Below are positions 25,801 to 36,094 of a stretch of DNA of 64,000 nucleotides, piece after piece; position 1 is the stretch's first letter, and each line of letters opens with the position of its first letter. Source of the DNA: Octopus vulgaris (Eukaryota); contig OX597819.1 of the NCBI GenBank assembly GCA_951406725.2, positions 62,000,001 through 62,064,000 of the forward strand, written 5' to 3'. A program made the translations under genes and the position numbers. The notes below the pieces were generated by a model. The model did no database searches and was not told the DNA's origin. It saw nothing but the letters and a program-made list of their open reading frames with translations.

Positions 25801-27340
25801 CTACTCGAGCAGGAAATGTCAAAATTATCATGGCATTATTACTGTAACTAAAGGCAGGCAAGTTGTTTACGTCCTCAGACTTAATACTTAAAGTCTTTTT
25901 TTTTTTTAAAGATGGTAGGATGTGATATAAGGGTTGATATTTCTACTATATCGAACGACTTTGTAGGGATTCCTTCATTGGTCCGTTAGGATCGCACGAT
26001 GCCTACGGACGAATATCACCTGAATGCAGCAAGAATATAAGCCTTTAATAGTAATAATTTTCCTACAGGTACAAGACTGGAAATTGAGAGTTGGAGACGA
26101 GGAGGAAGTCGATTACATCGACCCCAATGCTTGACTGGTACTTATTTTATCAACCCCCGAAGGGATGAAAGGCAAAATCGACCTCGGCGACATTTGAACT
26201 CAAAACGCAGAATGGTAAAAAGTACTGCTGAGCATTTTGTATGGCACGCGAACGATTCTGCTGCTGGCTCACTTCTTCATTATTGATAATTATCAAGAAC
26301 AAAAATAAAATAAAACACATTTCGATGTGTATACAGATGATACGTTCGTTCGTATAAACTCAGCAAAGGTAAAGAATACGCACACCAGGTGTTAATAGTT
26401 AGGGTTACGCTGAAAACGGGTGGTGTGAGTATTCTTTACCTCCGCCGTAAACTCAATGGGTTGCCATTAGGGGGACTGGAGGCTGTTGAGACCCATGTAA
26501 ATCCTATAATCGAAGACGTTTCAGGCGTGACCATCCCGTCTTTCTTTTGGACACCGTGTATTACGACTATATTATCCAATGTGCCCTTCATTATGAAGAC
26601 AATAGTGATTTACAGGAGATTTGATTATTAACTGTTCGAAACGATAACGATAACGTAGGATTCTTCGAAGACGAAGATAAGTAAGGCTTGCATTGCTCCA
26701 TGTTTTCTTAAATTTTCACCCTTCATCTTCCCTCATCTTAGTACCATCAATATTTCGTGTATCTATACCATTACCCAGAGTTTCCCCCTTCCCGGTTTAA
26801 TAACACTAGCTGTCCCTTGGATGCCTTTAGACTAGGTCTACAGTTTGAGGATATCTTTCTCCCTCCTTCCCTGTTATCACTCCCGGAGGCATCGCTGCTC
26901 TTCCCTCCTGGCTAAATTTTTTTTTTTAAATCCAGCTCATTTTATCTCGTTTTCGTTGTTTACCACTGTTAGTTTATTTTAATTTTGAAAATATGTCTGC
27001 TGCATTCAGTGGTTTATGTTTGTTCGTGTGGGTTTTATTAGTCGAACTCTCCTCGTTAAAATTGGGATATTTAACGATAAGAACCCAAAATTTATATTTA
27101 AAAGAAAACAAGATATAATGAATCAACAACAGACGTGAACGTAAACACGTGCTTGACTGACAGTGTTCCTGGTCAAATGGACTACAATAGTAATAACAGA
27201 ACATGCTAATGATACATTTCAAAGAAATTGTTCCTCATATATTAATTTACCTGTACTGGCGTCATTTTTACAAATTTTAAATCCTTAAGAGCAGCGCAAG
27301 AAGCCTCTGAGAGGGACAATTTGTCCCACGTGTCGTCCAT
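589..27340 (-). CDS. DDX55: ATP-dependent DEAD-box RNA helicase DDX55 (Spb4 family), spliced; 13 coding exons in window, 3' end outside window
   Basis: Hand-spliced exons give a continuous frame with Q motif (MTPVQ), motif I (AVTGSGKT), Ia (PTRELA), Ib (TPGRL), II (DEAD), III (SAT), V (ARGVD), VI (HRSGRTAR), plus DDX55-specific segments ([44 protein letters not shown]). All introns GT-AG with matching phases. Confidence 0.95.
1516..1604 (-). CDS. DDX55: DDX55 exon 12 ([29 protein letters not shown])
   Basis: cacag acceptor, gtgagt donor, 89 nt, C-terminal extension domain. Confidence 0.94.
2492..2571 (-). CDS. DDX55: DDX55 exon 11 ([26 protein letters not shown])
   Basis: ttccag acceptor after a 90-nt intron, gtgagc donor, 80 nt, phase fits neighbours. 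Confidence 0.9.
2662..2776 (-). CDS. DDX55: DDX55 exon 10 ([38 protein letters not shown])
   Basis: ttccag acceptor, gtcagt donor, 115 nt, motif VI. Confidence 0.96.
5246..5338 (-). CDS. DDX55: DDX55 exon 9 ([30 protein letters not shown])
   Basis: tttaag acceptor, weak gtccct donor, 93 nt, motif V. Confidence 0.93.
5581..5968 (+). mobile_element. tRNA-derived CORE-type SINE, family A (representative; other copies near 12685-13048, 28485-28878, 31680-32128, 45318-45740, 56568-56935, 60918-61290, all minus)
   Basis: A-box TGGCTGTGTG, B-box GGTTCAGTCCC, CORE-like TTGGGCAAGTGTCTT, internal TA/TG microsatellite, GTAAAAGA-type tail; many dispersed copies in window. Confidence 0.85.
6572..6955 (+). 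mobile_element. tRNA-derived SINE, family B
   Basis: Head GGAGGTGCAATGGCCCAGTGGTTAG...GTTTCGATTCCC; flanked by TSD ATAAATGATAA; homologous copy at 34514-35132. Confidence 0.85.
7978..8067 (-). CDS. DDX55: DDX55 exon 8 ([29 protein letters not shown])
   Basis: ttacag acceptor, gtaaat donor, 90 nt, IHGKM motif. Confidence 0.94.
9306..9430 (-). CDS. DDX55: DDX55 exon 7 ([41 protein letters not shown])
   Basis: tgtcag acceptor, gtgagt donor, 125 nt, motif IV region. Confidence 0.95.
9500..9907. mobile_element. old Tc1/mariner-like MITE with a nested TTAA-flanked element (9626-9846)
   Basis: Imperfect ~22-bp TIRs (CTGTATTTACTTGTATGTAAGT vs reverse complement CCATATTTACTCATGTGTAAGT); inner TTAA-CCCT...AGGG-TTAA. 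Confidence 0.5.
10890..11079 (-). CDS. DDX55: DDX55 exon 6 ([22 protein letters not shown]...STLSIFYM)
   Basis: ttgcag acceptor, gtaaaa donor, 190 nt, motif III. Confidence 0.96.
11562..11780. mobile_element. piggyBac-like MITE
   Basis: Perfect 12-bp TIR CCCTTTCATTAC/GTAATGAAAGGG flanked by TTAA and CTAA. Confidence 0.75.
12325..12359 (-). ncRNA. minimal hammerhead ribozyme motif (Penelope-type)
   Basis: GTTT-CTGACGA-A-GAGC tcc GTTC-GAAAC-GTT-AAAC: intact core, 4-bp stem I, 4-bp stem II, palindromic AACGTT stem III. Confidence 0.7.
13780..13960 (-). mobile_element. highly decayed CR1/L2-like LINE RT fragment
   Basis: Minus-strand translation gives TVPQGS preceded by ILYDR, resembling FLxDR...GVPQGS; frame broken. 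Confidence 0.35.
14004..14398 (-). mobile_element. non-autonomous Helitron
   Basis: 5' TC, 3' CTAG, GC hairpin CCCGAGC-AAC-GCCGGG just before the end, inserted between A and T, no TSD; internal ~100-bp tandem duplication. Confidence 0.85.
14945..15047. repeat. perfect 50-bp tandem duplication
   Basis: TTAGTGCACTTATTTGACCCAACACTATAATCATTAACACTGATACAACA x2. Confidence 0.9.
15174..15886. mobile_element. non-autonomous hAT element
   Basis: 8-bp TSD TTATAGTG on both sides; imperfect TIRs CACAGGTCCCCAACA / CACAGTGTACCAACA; subterminal GGGGTGCC motifs. Confidence 0.75.
16259..16518. repeat. AT-rich fold-back (inverted repeat) element between (TA)n tracts
   Basis: Outer arms ~16259-16337 and 16440-16518, inner arms ~16368-16399 and 16412-16440. 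Confidence 0.8.
17933..17988 (-). CDS. DDX55: DDX55 exon 5 ([18 protein letters not shown])
   Basis: catcag acceptor, gtaagt donor, 56 nt, DEAD motif. Confidence 0.95.
18777..18870 (-). CDS. DDX55: DDX55 exon 4 ([31 protein letters not shown])
   Basis: ttgcag acceptor, gtaagt donor, 94 nt, motif Ib. Confidence 0.95.
19146..19215 (+). pseudogene. tRNA-Trp-derived pseudogene, anticodon now CTA
   Basis: Aligns end to end with metazoan tRNA-Trp(CCA) (GGCCTCGTGGCGCAACGGTAGCGCGTCTGACTCCAGATCAGAAGG...GGGGTCA); differences mostly CpG transitions plus a 2-nt deletion. Confidence 0.85.
21023..21177 (-). CDS. DDX55: DDX55 exon 3 ([16 protein letters not shown]...[17 protein letters not shown])
   Basis: tccag acceptor, gtaaga donor, 155 nt, motif Ia and GG doublet. 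Confidence 0.95.
22889..23026 (-). CDS. DDX55: DDX55 exon 2 ([46 protein letters not shown])
   Basis: ttttag acceptor, gtaacc donor, 138 nt, Walker A motif. Confidence 0.96.
27251..27340 (-). CDS. DDX55: DDX55 coding exon 1 ([30 protein letters not shown])
   Basis: ATG at 27338-27340 in caacATGG context; 90 nt; donor CAG|gtaaat; Q motif. Confidence 0.92.
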
Positions 27341-27430
27341 GTTGCGATAGAGAAATTTTATCTTCGTTTTAGAGAGTTCTATTTCCGTCTTTCATCAAGA
27401 TTCGGGAATATTGCAGATTAATTGACAGAA

Positions 27431-27826
27431 GCGGCGAGCTGGCAGAATCGTTAGCACGCTGGACAAAATGCTTAGCGGTATTTCGTCTGCCGTTGCGTGT
27501 GAGTTCAAATTCCGCCGAGGTCGACTTTGCCTTTCATCCTTTCGGGGTCGATAAATTAAGTACCAGTTACGCACTGGGATCAATGTAATCGACTTAATAC
27601 CTATGTCTGTCCTTGTTTGTCCACTCTATGTTTAGCCCCTTGTGGGTAATAAAGAAATAGGTATTTCGTCTGCAGCTACGTTCTGAGTTCAAATTCCGCC
27701 GAGGTCGACTTTGCTTTTCATTCTTACGGGGTCGATTAAATAAGTACCAGTTACGCACTGGGATCGATATAATCGATTTAATCCGTTCGCCTGTCCTTGT
27801 TTGTCCCCTCTATGTTTAGCCCCTAG
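27431..27826 (+). mobile_element. tandem dimer of tRNA-derived SINE family C (others near 95-297, 19410-19633, 29280-29488 minus; 37640-38070 plus)
   Basis: GGCGAGCTGGCAGAATCGTTAG head, GAGTTCAAATTCC B-box, TTTCATCCTTTCGGGGTCGATAAA body, AATAAAGAAATA tail; second unit 5'-truncated. Confidence 0.85.
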
Positions 27827-29626
27827 CAGTAATATGATGAGTTCCTTTTTCTTCCGCCCTAAAATTTGAAGGCCCAATTAAGAAAAGGAAAACAGTATAT
27901 TTGAATATGAAAACTTGTTTTTTTTTTTGTTACTTTTTGTCATAATTTGTTATGGAAGTATATAGTTGACTGAATTGACCCTAGTTTATCACTGGTAGTA
28001 AATTTACTGACTGAGCTCAGATATGTAAGGTCAGCTGTTTTTATCTGGTTACCAGCACTGTATTTGGAACAAGCCAAGTACACTTAGTTGTAAATACATG
28101 TCACAGTATCAAACCACCCTGCTACTACAAGCAGTAGCAACATTGTAAACATCAACAAATGTTCTTATTACAGTAAAAATGGCTTATGATAGATGAGCAT
28201 CTTGTAGCAAACATTTTGCCTCCAATTCTGGGATCTATTCAGCCACAGTGACATAACTATAGTATGTACCACCTAAATGCAGCCTCTTGTTCTTGAGGAC
28301 CTAACATATCACTGACCATCTATATAACCATTTCTCTCTCTCTTTACTGGTTGTCATGAGTCAGCCAAATTGCAGTTATTCTTAAAATCATATCAAGGAG
28401 TAAAAGCGTCTTTGTGTCCTTCAAAGGTTCAATACCTTAGAAAATGAAGATGTTTATCAACCAATTGAACCATGTAAAGTTCTCTTTTACTTGTTTCAGT
28501 CATTTGATTGTGGCCATGCTGGAACACTGCCTTTAGTCGATCGAGCAAATTGACCACAGGACTTATTCTTTGTAAGCCTAGTACTTATTCTATCGGTCTC
28601 TTGTGCCGAACCACTAAGTTATGGGGACGTAAACATACCAGCATCGGTTGTCAAGCGATGTTCGGGGGACAAACAGACACAGAAACATACACACACACAC
28701 ACACACATATATACGACGGGCTTCTTTCAGTTTCCGTCTGCCAAATCCACTCGCAAGGCTTTGGTCAGCCCAAGGCTATAGTAGAAGACACTTGCCCAAG
28801 GTGCCACACAGTGGGACTGAACTCAGAACCATATGGTTCGTATGCAAGCTACTTATCACACAGCCACTCTTACGCCTATGAAAGAGATTCTAAATTTATT
28901 TTTCCAACTGCAGAGATTGCAGTGGGATTCTAATCAATGATGACTGTGGCAGGATTTGAAACTAAGAGGATTGAAGCTAAGTACTATGTAAGACATTTAA
29001 AATAATAATAATAGGGTCATTAGGGTGTCAGACAGAATGCTTTGTGGTATTAGCTATGTCTTTCAGTGATGTAAGTTCAAATCTTGCCTTGATCAGCTTT
29101 ACTTTTCATCTGTTCAGTGTTGATAAAAAAAACCCACCAATCTAAGATGGTGGATTGGCCAAACTGTAAGAACATCAGACTGAATGCCTTTAACTATTTG
29201 TTCCAGCTCTTTGAGCTGTGAGTTCAAGTTCAGCCATGGCCCACTTAGATAACAGATTCAATCTGTTACCTAGATACTTTTCTACTCTAGGCACAAGGCC
29301 CAAAATTTTGGGGCAGGGGACCAGTCGATTAGATCGACTTCAGTATACAACTGGTACTTAATTTATTGACCCCGAATGGATGAAAGGCAAAGTCGACCTC
29401 GGCGGAATTTGAACTCAGAATGTAAAGACAGACAAAATACCACTAAACATTTCACCAGCGTGCTAATGTTTCTTCCAGCTTGCCGTCTTTCAATCTATTA
29501 CCTAGATCGACATCACCAACAGGCACTTCAGGCACTTTTAGTGGAGTGCCCTCTATTGCCAGCATTCAGGTCAAGTCACTGGTTTGATAATATCCTCATT
29601 TTTTTTTTCACCAATCTATCTTTCTT

Positions 29627-30235
29627 CAGGGCCAGATTAAGATCTATAGAGGCCTTAAGCACTGAAAAGATTTTGTCGCCCACCCCCCCATCAGGGCCAG
29701 TTCAAAGTAACAGAAACTCAGGCAGTCACCCAGGGCACAATGTGCTAGGGGATGCCAAGGAGGGCATGACAAAGACAAGGAAATTTCCACAATCATCAGC
29801 TTATACACACCAAGGTTCATCTTGCCGAGGGGCGCCAGCAACCCTAGGGCCAGCCCTGCCACCCCATATATATATATGTAATTCAAAACATAAACAATAA
29901 TAAACCATAAAATAAGTTTTTATTTTTCAAAAGAAGACAAAACTAACAGTAAGATAGAAAATAATGTTTATTCATGTATATTTTCACCTTATTTATATTT
30001 GCAAAGTTTTCTCCTACATTTATTGATTGCCAAGTCTTTGATCAGATCCTCACTATGATGCCATGAACACCTTAAAATTATATTCCCTATCATATAAACC
30101 ACTTAGAATATTATTTTAGCAAATTTAAAGTCATTTATTTTGTGCTGTGAACCATTTACCATTTCTGTGGTACCCCCTACTTCCCTTCATGCTCTAAGCA
30201 TGTGCTTATTTTCCTTAATGGTTAATCCAGCACCG
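29627..30235. mobile_element. hAT-like MITE with a nested smaller MITE (29692-29858); related copy at ~24746-25084
   Basis: Ends CAGGGCCAGATTAA and TTAATCCAGCACCG, decayed 8-bp TSD (TCTTTCTT/CCTTCCTT); inner element CAGGGCCAG...GGCCAGCCCTG. Confidence 0.6.
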
Positions 30236-30534
30236 CCTTCCTTCATGTCTGTAAGATAAAAAAAAAAATGCACTTGGATGATATAGAGAAACTGAACAGT
30301 GTTCCCTCATAAGTTATTTTAGAAAGTGATGCAATAAGCTCCTTGTCGTCGTCGTTGTCATCCTCATCATCATCATTGTTTAACAACCGCTTTCCATACT
30401 GGTATGGGTTGGATGGTTTTACTGAAAACTGGCAAACCAGGAGGCTGCACCAGGCTCCAATCTGATCTGGCAAGGTTTCTACAGCTGGATGCCCTTTCCT
30501 AAAGCGAATCACTCCAAGAGTGTAATGGGTGATT

Positions 30535-31375
30535 TTTACATGCCACCAGCACGGGAGCCACCAGTCAGGCGGCACTAACATTGACCATACTCGAATGGTG
30601 CTTTTTACATGCCACCAGCACAGGAGCCAGTCAGGCAGCATTGGTATTGACCACGCTTGAATGGTGTTTTTTACATGCCACCTGCATGGGAGCCAGTCAG
30701 GCAGCATTGACATCGACCACACACAAATGGTGCTTTTTATGTGCCACCAGCATGAGAGCCAGTCAGGTGGCATTGGTATTGACCACGCTTGAATGGTGTT
30801 TTTTACATGCCACCTGCATGGGAGCTAGTCAGGCAGCATTGACATCGACCACACACAAATGGTGCTTTTTATGTGCCACCAGCATGAGAGCCAGTCAGGC
30901 GGCATTGGTATTGACCACGCTTGAATGGTGTTTTTTACATGCCACCTGCATGGGAGCTAGTCAGGCAGCATTGACATCGACCACACACAAATGGTGCTTT
31001 TTATGTGCCACCAGCATGAGAGCCAGTCAGGCGGCATTGGTATTGACCACGCTTGAATGGTGTTTACATGCCACCTGCATGAGAGCCAGTCAGGCAGCAT
31101 TGACATCGACCACACACAAATGGTGCTTTTATGTGCCACCAGCATGAGAGCCAGTCAGGTGGCATTGGTATTGACCACGCTTGAATGGTGTTTTTTACAT
31201 GCCACCTGCATGAGAGCCAGTCAGGCAGCATTGACATCGACCACACACAAATGGTGCTTTTTATGTGCCACCAGCATGAGAGCCAGTCAGGCGGCATATA
31301 CATTGACCATGCTCAAATGGTGCTTTTCACATGCCATCAGCACATGTACCAGTAGGCGGCACCAGCATTGGCCAT
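30535..31375. repeat. minisatellite, 66-bp monomer in 132-bp A/B higher-order repeat, inside an RTE-tail element
   Basis: TTGGTATTGACCACGCTTGAATGG recurs at 30641, 30773 and so on; about 12-13 monomers. Confidence 0.9.
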
Positions 31376-31902
31376 GACTACGATTTCGTTTGACTCAACA
31401 GGTCTTCTTAAGCACAGCATATTTCCTGACAAGTGAAGGGAAATATGCTATGCTTGAGAAGACATGTTCAAAAAGCAACAAATCTTTTCAAACAGGATCC
31501 ATACAAACTTGCAAATAATAACAAAATAATTACATTAACCTCAATCAGTCAATTTGTTATATAATTCAAGAAAACACACTAAAAGAATCAGAAAAATCTC
31601 ATAATAAATGTATTGTTGTGGTATTTATGTATTTTCCAATTCAAATCTTGCCAGAGTATACTTTGCTTTACTCTCTTTTTTACTCCTTTACTGGTTTCAG
31701 TCAATTGACTGTAGCCATGCTGGAGCACTCCCTTTAGTTGAGCAAATAGACGCCATGATTTATTCTTTGGAAGCCTAGTACTTATTCTATCGGTCGCTTT
31801 TGCCAAATCGCTAAGTTACAGGTACGTAAACACACCAGCATCGGTTGTCAAGCGATGTTGGGGAGGGGGTACAAACACGGACACACAAACACATACACAC
31901 AC

Positions 31903-31957
<55 letters not shown>

Positions 31958-32446
31958 CATATATACGACGAGCTTCTTTCAGTTTCCATCTACCAAATCC
32001 ACTCACAAGGCTTTGGTCAGCCCAAGGCTATTGTCAAAGACACTTGCCCAAGATGCCACACAGTGGAACTGAACCCGGAACCATGTGGTTTGTAAGCAAG
32101 CTACTTACCACACAGCCACTACTGCACCTTTACGTTCATAAAGGTTCAATAAATTAAGAATCAATCAAGTTCTTGAACTGAATGTGAGTAAAAACCTTAT
32201 GGGAAAATAATGATCATGGCTCAGAAGAGTTGGGCGTTAGGCATGGTTGTTTGGTTAAGAACTTCTCCTTGCAACCATGTACTTTTAGGTTCAGTCTCAT
32301 GGTGTGGCACTTTGGGCAAGTATCTCCTCACCAGTGAATGAACTTGGTTGACAGAACCAGAAGAGGATGCCCATCGTATATGTAGATACATGTATGGGTG
32401 TGTGTGTGAGAGAGAGAGTGAGTATGTGTATATCTATCTCTCTAGA

Positions 32447-32491
<45 letters not shown>

Positions 32492-32681
32492 GTTGAAATT
32501 TACAAAGACGAAGACAGGTGCATAAACAACAAGTGGGTGTATTAGTTTGATGCTCAGGAAGGTAAGAAAGTCTTTTACATTTCGAGCCTATGTTTTTCAA
32601 CACAAAAGAATATGAAGAAATAAACAGAGAGAGAGAATAAAAAGAAAAAACTGTCTTGTGGATTTAGCGGCCAATCATGGC

Positions 32682-32724
<43 letters not shown>

Positions 32725-32820
32725 ATAAAAATGGTAAGATGACAAAAAAAATGAAAGAGACCTCGATATTACGTAAATAGAGGAATTTATATGTAAATGT
32801 AATGTGACAATTATTCGGTA

Positions 32821-32890
32821 GCCATGATAAAACTCCGAGTTTCAGATGCTGAGGTGGAAATCCACGCTGCTATCTCTTCAGTTATCTGGC
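32821..32890 (-). ncRNA. type I hammerhead ribozyme motif
   Basis: GCCA-GATAA-CTGAAGA-[stem II with GTGG/CCAC hairpin]-GAAACTC-G-GAGTT-TTATC-A-TGGC: intact core, 9-bp bulged stem I, 4-bp stem III. Confidence 0.7.
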
Positions 32891-34513
32891 CATCAGAAAA
32901 AATACATTTTCAGATACACACACATGCACACAAATTGGATTAGTGTGAACATCTGCATGCTCACATTAATCCAATGTATGTATATAGATGATTTATTTTA
33001 AATGTGATATAGATGACGATTGAAATTTTTGGTGAATTTGGTTTGCAGAGTAGCTAATATCAAGACAGAAAACTGAAAAAAATATATTAAAAATATACCA
33101 AATTTTTTCCAGTTTTCTATATTAAACATCATCATCATCATCATTTAATGTCCGTTTTCCATGCTGGCATGAGTTGGATGGTTCAACTGGGGTCTGGGAA
33201 GCCAGGAGGCTGCACCAGGCTCCAGTCTGATCTAGCAGTGTTTCTACAGCTGGATGCCCTTCCTAACACCAACCACTCCAAGAGTGTAGTGGGTGCTTTT
33301 TACGTGCCACCAGCACAGGGGCCAGAGGAGGCTGGCAACGGACATGATTAGTTGGTGCTTTTTGCGACCACTGACATGGAAGCCAGCCAAGGAGGCACTA
33401 GCATCAGTCACATTTGGATGGTGCTTTTTACGTACCACCAGCATGGGGATCACAACTGCAATTTGATTTTGGTTTTGATGTACTTAACTCAATAGGTCTC
33501 CTCAAGCACAGCATGTCGCCCTACAATCCAAGGTACTTTTGAGCAGGCTGGTTATGCAATACTGGTGTAGGTTACAGCTGTGAACTCACCTTATTTGTTG
33601 GGTCTCAAGCATGGTCGTTCCCAGTGCTGCCTGACTGGCTCCCATGCCAGCAGAAAATAAAAAGCACCATTCAAGCATGGTTGATGCCAGTACCACCTGG
33701 CTGGCCCTCGTGATGATGATATATGCATATGTGTGCGCGAATGTTGTGCTGCCTTGTCTTGATGTTATTCGCATGAAATTTGTTAATGAACAACAGGGTC
33801 TTACAAGTGATACAATTCATTTTCATGAAAATATGTCTAGCCAAAGAAAAAATATCTCTTAGCTTGTAAAATAGATGATGACTGATGACAGGAAGGGCAT
33901 CCAGCTGTAGAAAATCTGGTTTGACAAAATTCATCTGAGACAAGGCAAGTATGGGAAAATGTTGAAACAATGAGGAAGAGGAAGCGGGGAAAGAGAGGGA
34001 TGATGATGTTGATGATGATGATGATGACGATGACAACAACAATGACAATGACAAAGATGACAATAGCAATGATGATGATGATGAAGATGGTGGTGGTGGT
34101 GATGATGATGGTGGTGGTGGTGGTGGTGGTGGTGGTGATGATGATGAGGAGGAGGAGGATGTTGACGATAGTGATGATGATATGAAATCATACAGTACTC
34201 CACCCTGATGACGCCATCCATCTATCCATCCATCTACCGTTGTGTCAAACTTACAAGCAATTACAAAATACATAGATTCACTGAATTTCGAAGCGCCTCC
34301 CCCCAACACTTGTATCATTCTCATTGTGCAACAAGCAAAGAGCCAAAAATCCATTCAGACCAATTATATACACTTAACATATCCTGCATCCTGTTATTTT
34401 CTTCCTGCTCTTCTGTGTTAACATTACAATTTGCTTTCTCTTCTGCAGATACAATTTTTTAGGTGTGTCAGGTCAAAATGCAATACAATGTGCCTTATAC
34501 TATACTGCATTAT

Positions 34514-35132
34514 GGAGGTGCAATGGCCCAGTGGTTAGGGCAGCAGACTCCTAGTCATGGGATCGCGGTTTCGATTCTCAGACCGGGTGTTGTGAGTATT
34601 TATTGAGCATAAACACTTAAAGCTCCGTGAGGCTCCAGCAGGAGGTGGTGGCGAACCCTGCTGTACTCTTTCACCACAACTTTCTCTCACTCTTTCTTCC
34701 TGTTTCTGTTGTACTTGTATTTCGAAGCGGCCAGCTTTGTCACACTCTGTGTCATGCTGAATCTCTCCCTGAACTACGTTAAGGTGGCGAGCTGGCAGAA
34801 ACGTTAGCACGCCGGGCAAAATGCTTAGCCGTATTTCATTACGTTCTGAGTTCAAACTCCGCCAGGGTCGACTTTGCCTTTCATCCTTTTGGGGTCAATA
34901 AATTAAGTACCAGTTACACACTGGGGTCAATGTAATTGACTTAATCCCTTTGTCTGTCCTTGTTTGTCCCCTCTATGTTTAGCCCCTTGTGGACCATAAA
35001 GAAATAAGAATTACGTTAAGGGTACATGTGTCTATAGAGTGCTCAGCCATTTACATGTTGATTTCACAAGCAGGCTGTTCTGTTGATTGGATCAACTGGA
35101 ACCCTTGTTGTGAAAACTGACACAATGCCACG
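34514..35132 (+). mobile_element. SINE family B with nested SINE family C (34784-35007)
   Basis: Outer TSD ACTGCATTAT (34504-34513, 35133-35142); inner TSD GAA(C/T)TACGTTAAG. Confidence 0.88.
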
Positions 35133-35453
35133 ACTGCATTATATGGCAATACATTCTATTGCATATTGTAAACCACATTACGTTTTATACAGGGCTGGAT
35201 TCTTTTCTACTCTAGGCACAAGGTCCAAAATTTCAGAGGCCTATTATTACTAGTCCAGAAGCATACCAAACTGTATGCACATCCTGTAAACACTGGTTTT
35301 TGCATGATCTATAATGCTTCTGTCTGACCAAAGCCTTTTCTCAGTTCTCAAGAAAGGGAGGTAGGCAGCGTCTCTAAATGATTGGAAAGGGTTGAGAAGG
35401 AGAAGGTGCATGAGTCAGGGAGGCTAGAGGGATGCCAGCAGCAGGAGGGTAAT

Positions 35454-35731
35454 CAGTGGCAGACTGGCGAGGTTGCCAGTTTGCCTGATGGCAAAGGGGC
35501 ACCTGCACCATTAGAATCCATATATAGGGGCCCATGGTAGTATCTAAGGGGCCCATCTCCTCAAGTTTGAGAATTTTTATTCACTCCATTAATTATTTCA
35601 GCCTGGCTGTGTTTGTAGACAGTTGAAAAGAATACTTTTAACAAACAAAAGCAAAAAATGATAGAGTGGTAGTTGCAGGTGGGCGCCCTTAGTCTCCTGG
35701 CAACCAATATTTTAGACCCAGTCTGCCACTG
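35454..35731. mobile_element. MITE (hAT-like)
   Basis: Perfect 14-bp TIR CAGTGGCAGACTGG/CCAGTCTGCCACTG; TSD not recognisable. Confidence 0.7.
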
Positions 35732-36063
35732 GTGTCCTTGTTTGTCCCCTCTGTGTTTAGCCCCTTGTGGGTAATAAAGAAATAGGTAATGATGATACAG
35801 TTGACAGAGGAAGGAGAGAGATGACATGCTTGAGTAGGCTGCAGCAGCAGGTATGTATAATGTGTGTGTGTGAGTGTGAGTTTGTAAATGTATGTGTGTG
35901 TGTGTGTATTAATATAGTACTCAATGCTTTCTCAAATTGTGGCTCACATTTCTTATCTACTCTCTCTCTCTCTCTTTTCTCTCTCTCTCTTTCTCTCACA
36001 CACACACATGCTCTCTCTCTCTCTCACACAATGCTCTCTCTCTCTCATACACACACACATATA

Positions 36064-36094
<31 letters not shown>

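Noticed and set aside
716-27250. Intronic snoRNAs in DDX55
   Set aside because: ATGATGA and CTGA words come mostly from (GAT)n tails; no terminal stem plus guide sequence could be supported.
27851-27870. CCGCCC...TTTGAA as a CDE/CHR promoter element
   Set aside because: Short motifs expected by chance; no TSS evidence.
30535-31375. CRISPR-like or repeat-protein reading of the 66/132-bp array (also the 26-bp array at 62317)
   Set aside because: No unique spacers, no cas genes, eukaryotic context; units derive from a retroelement tail.
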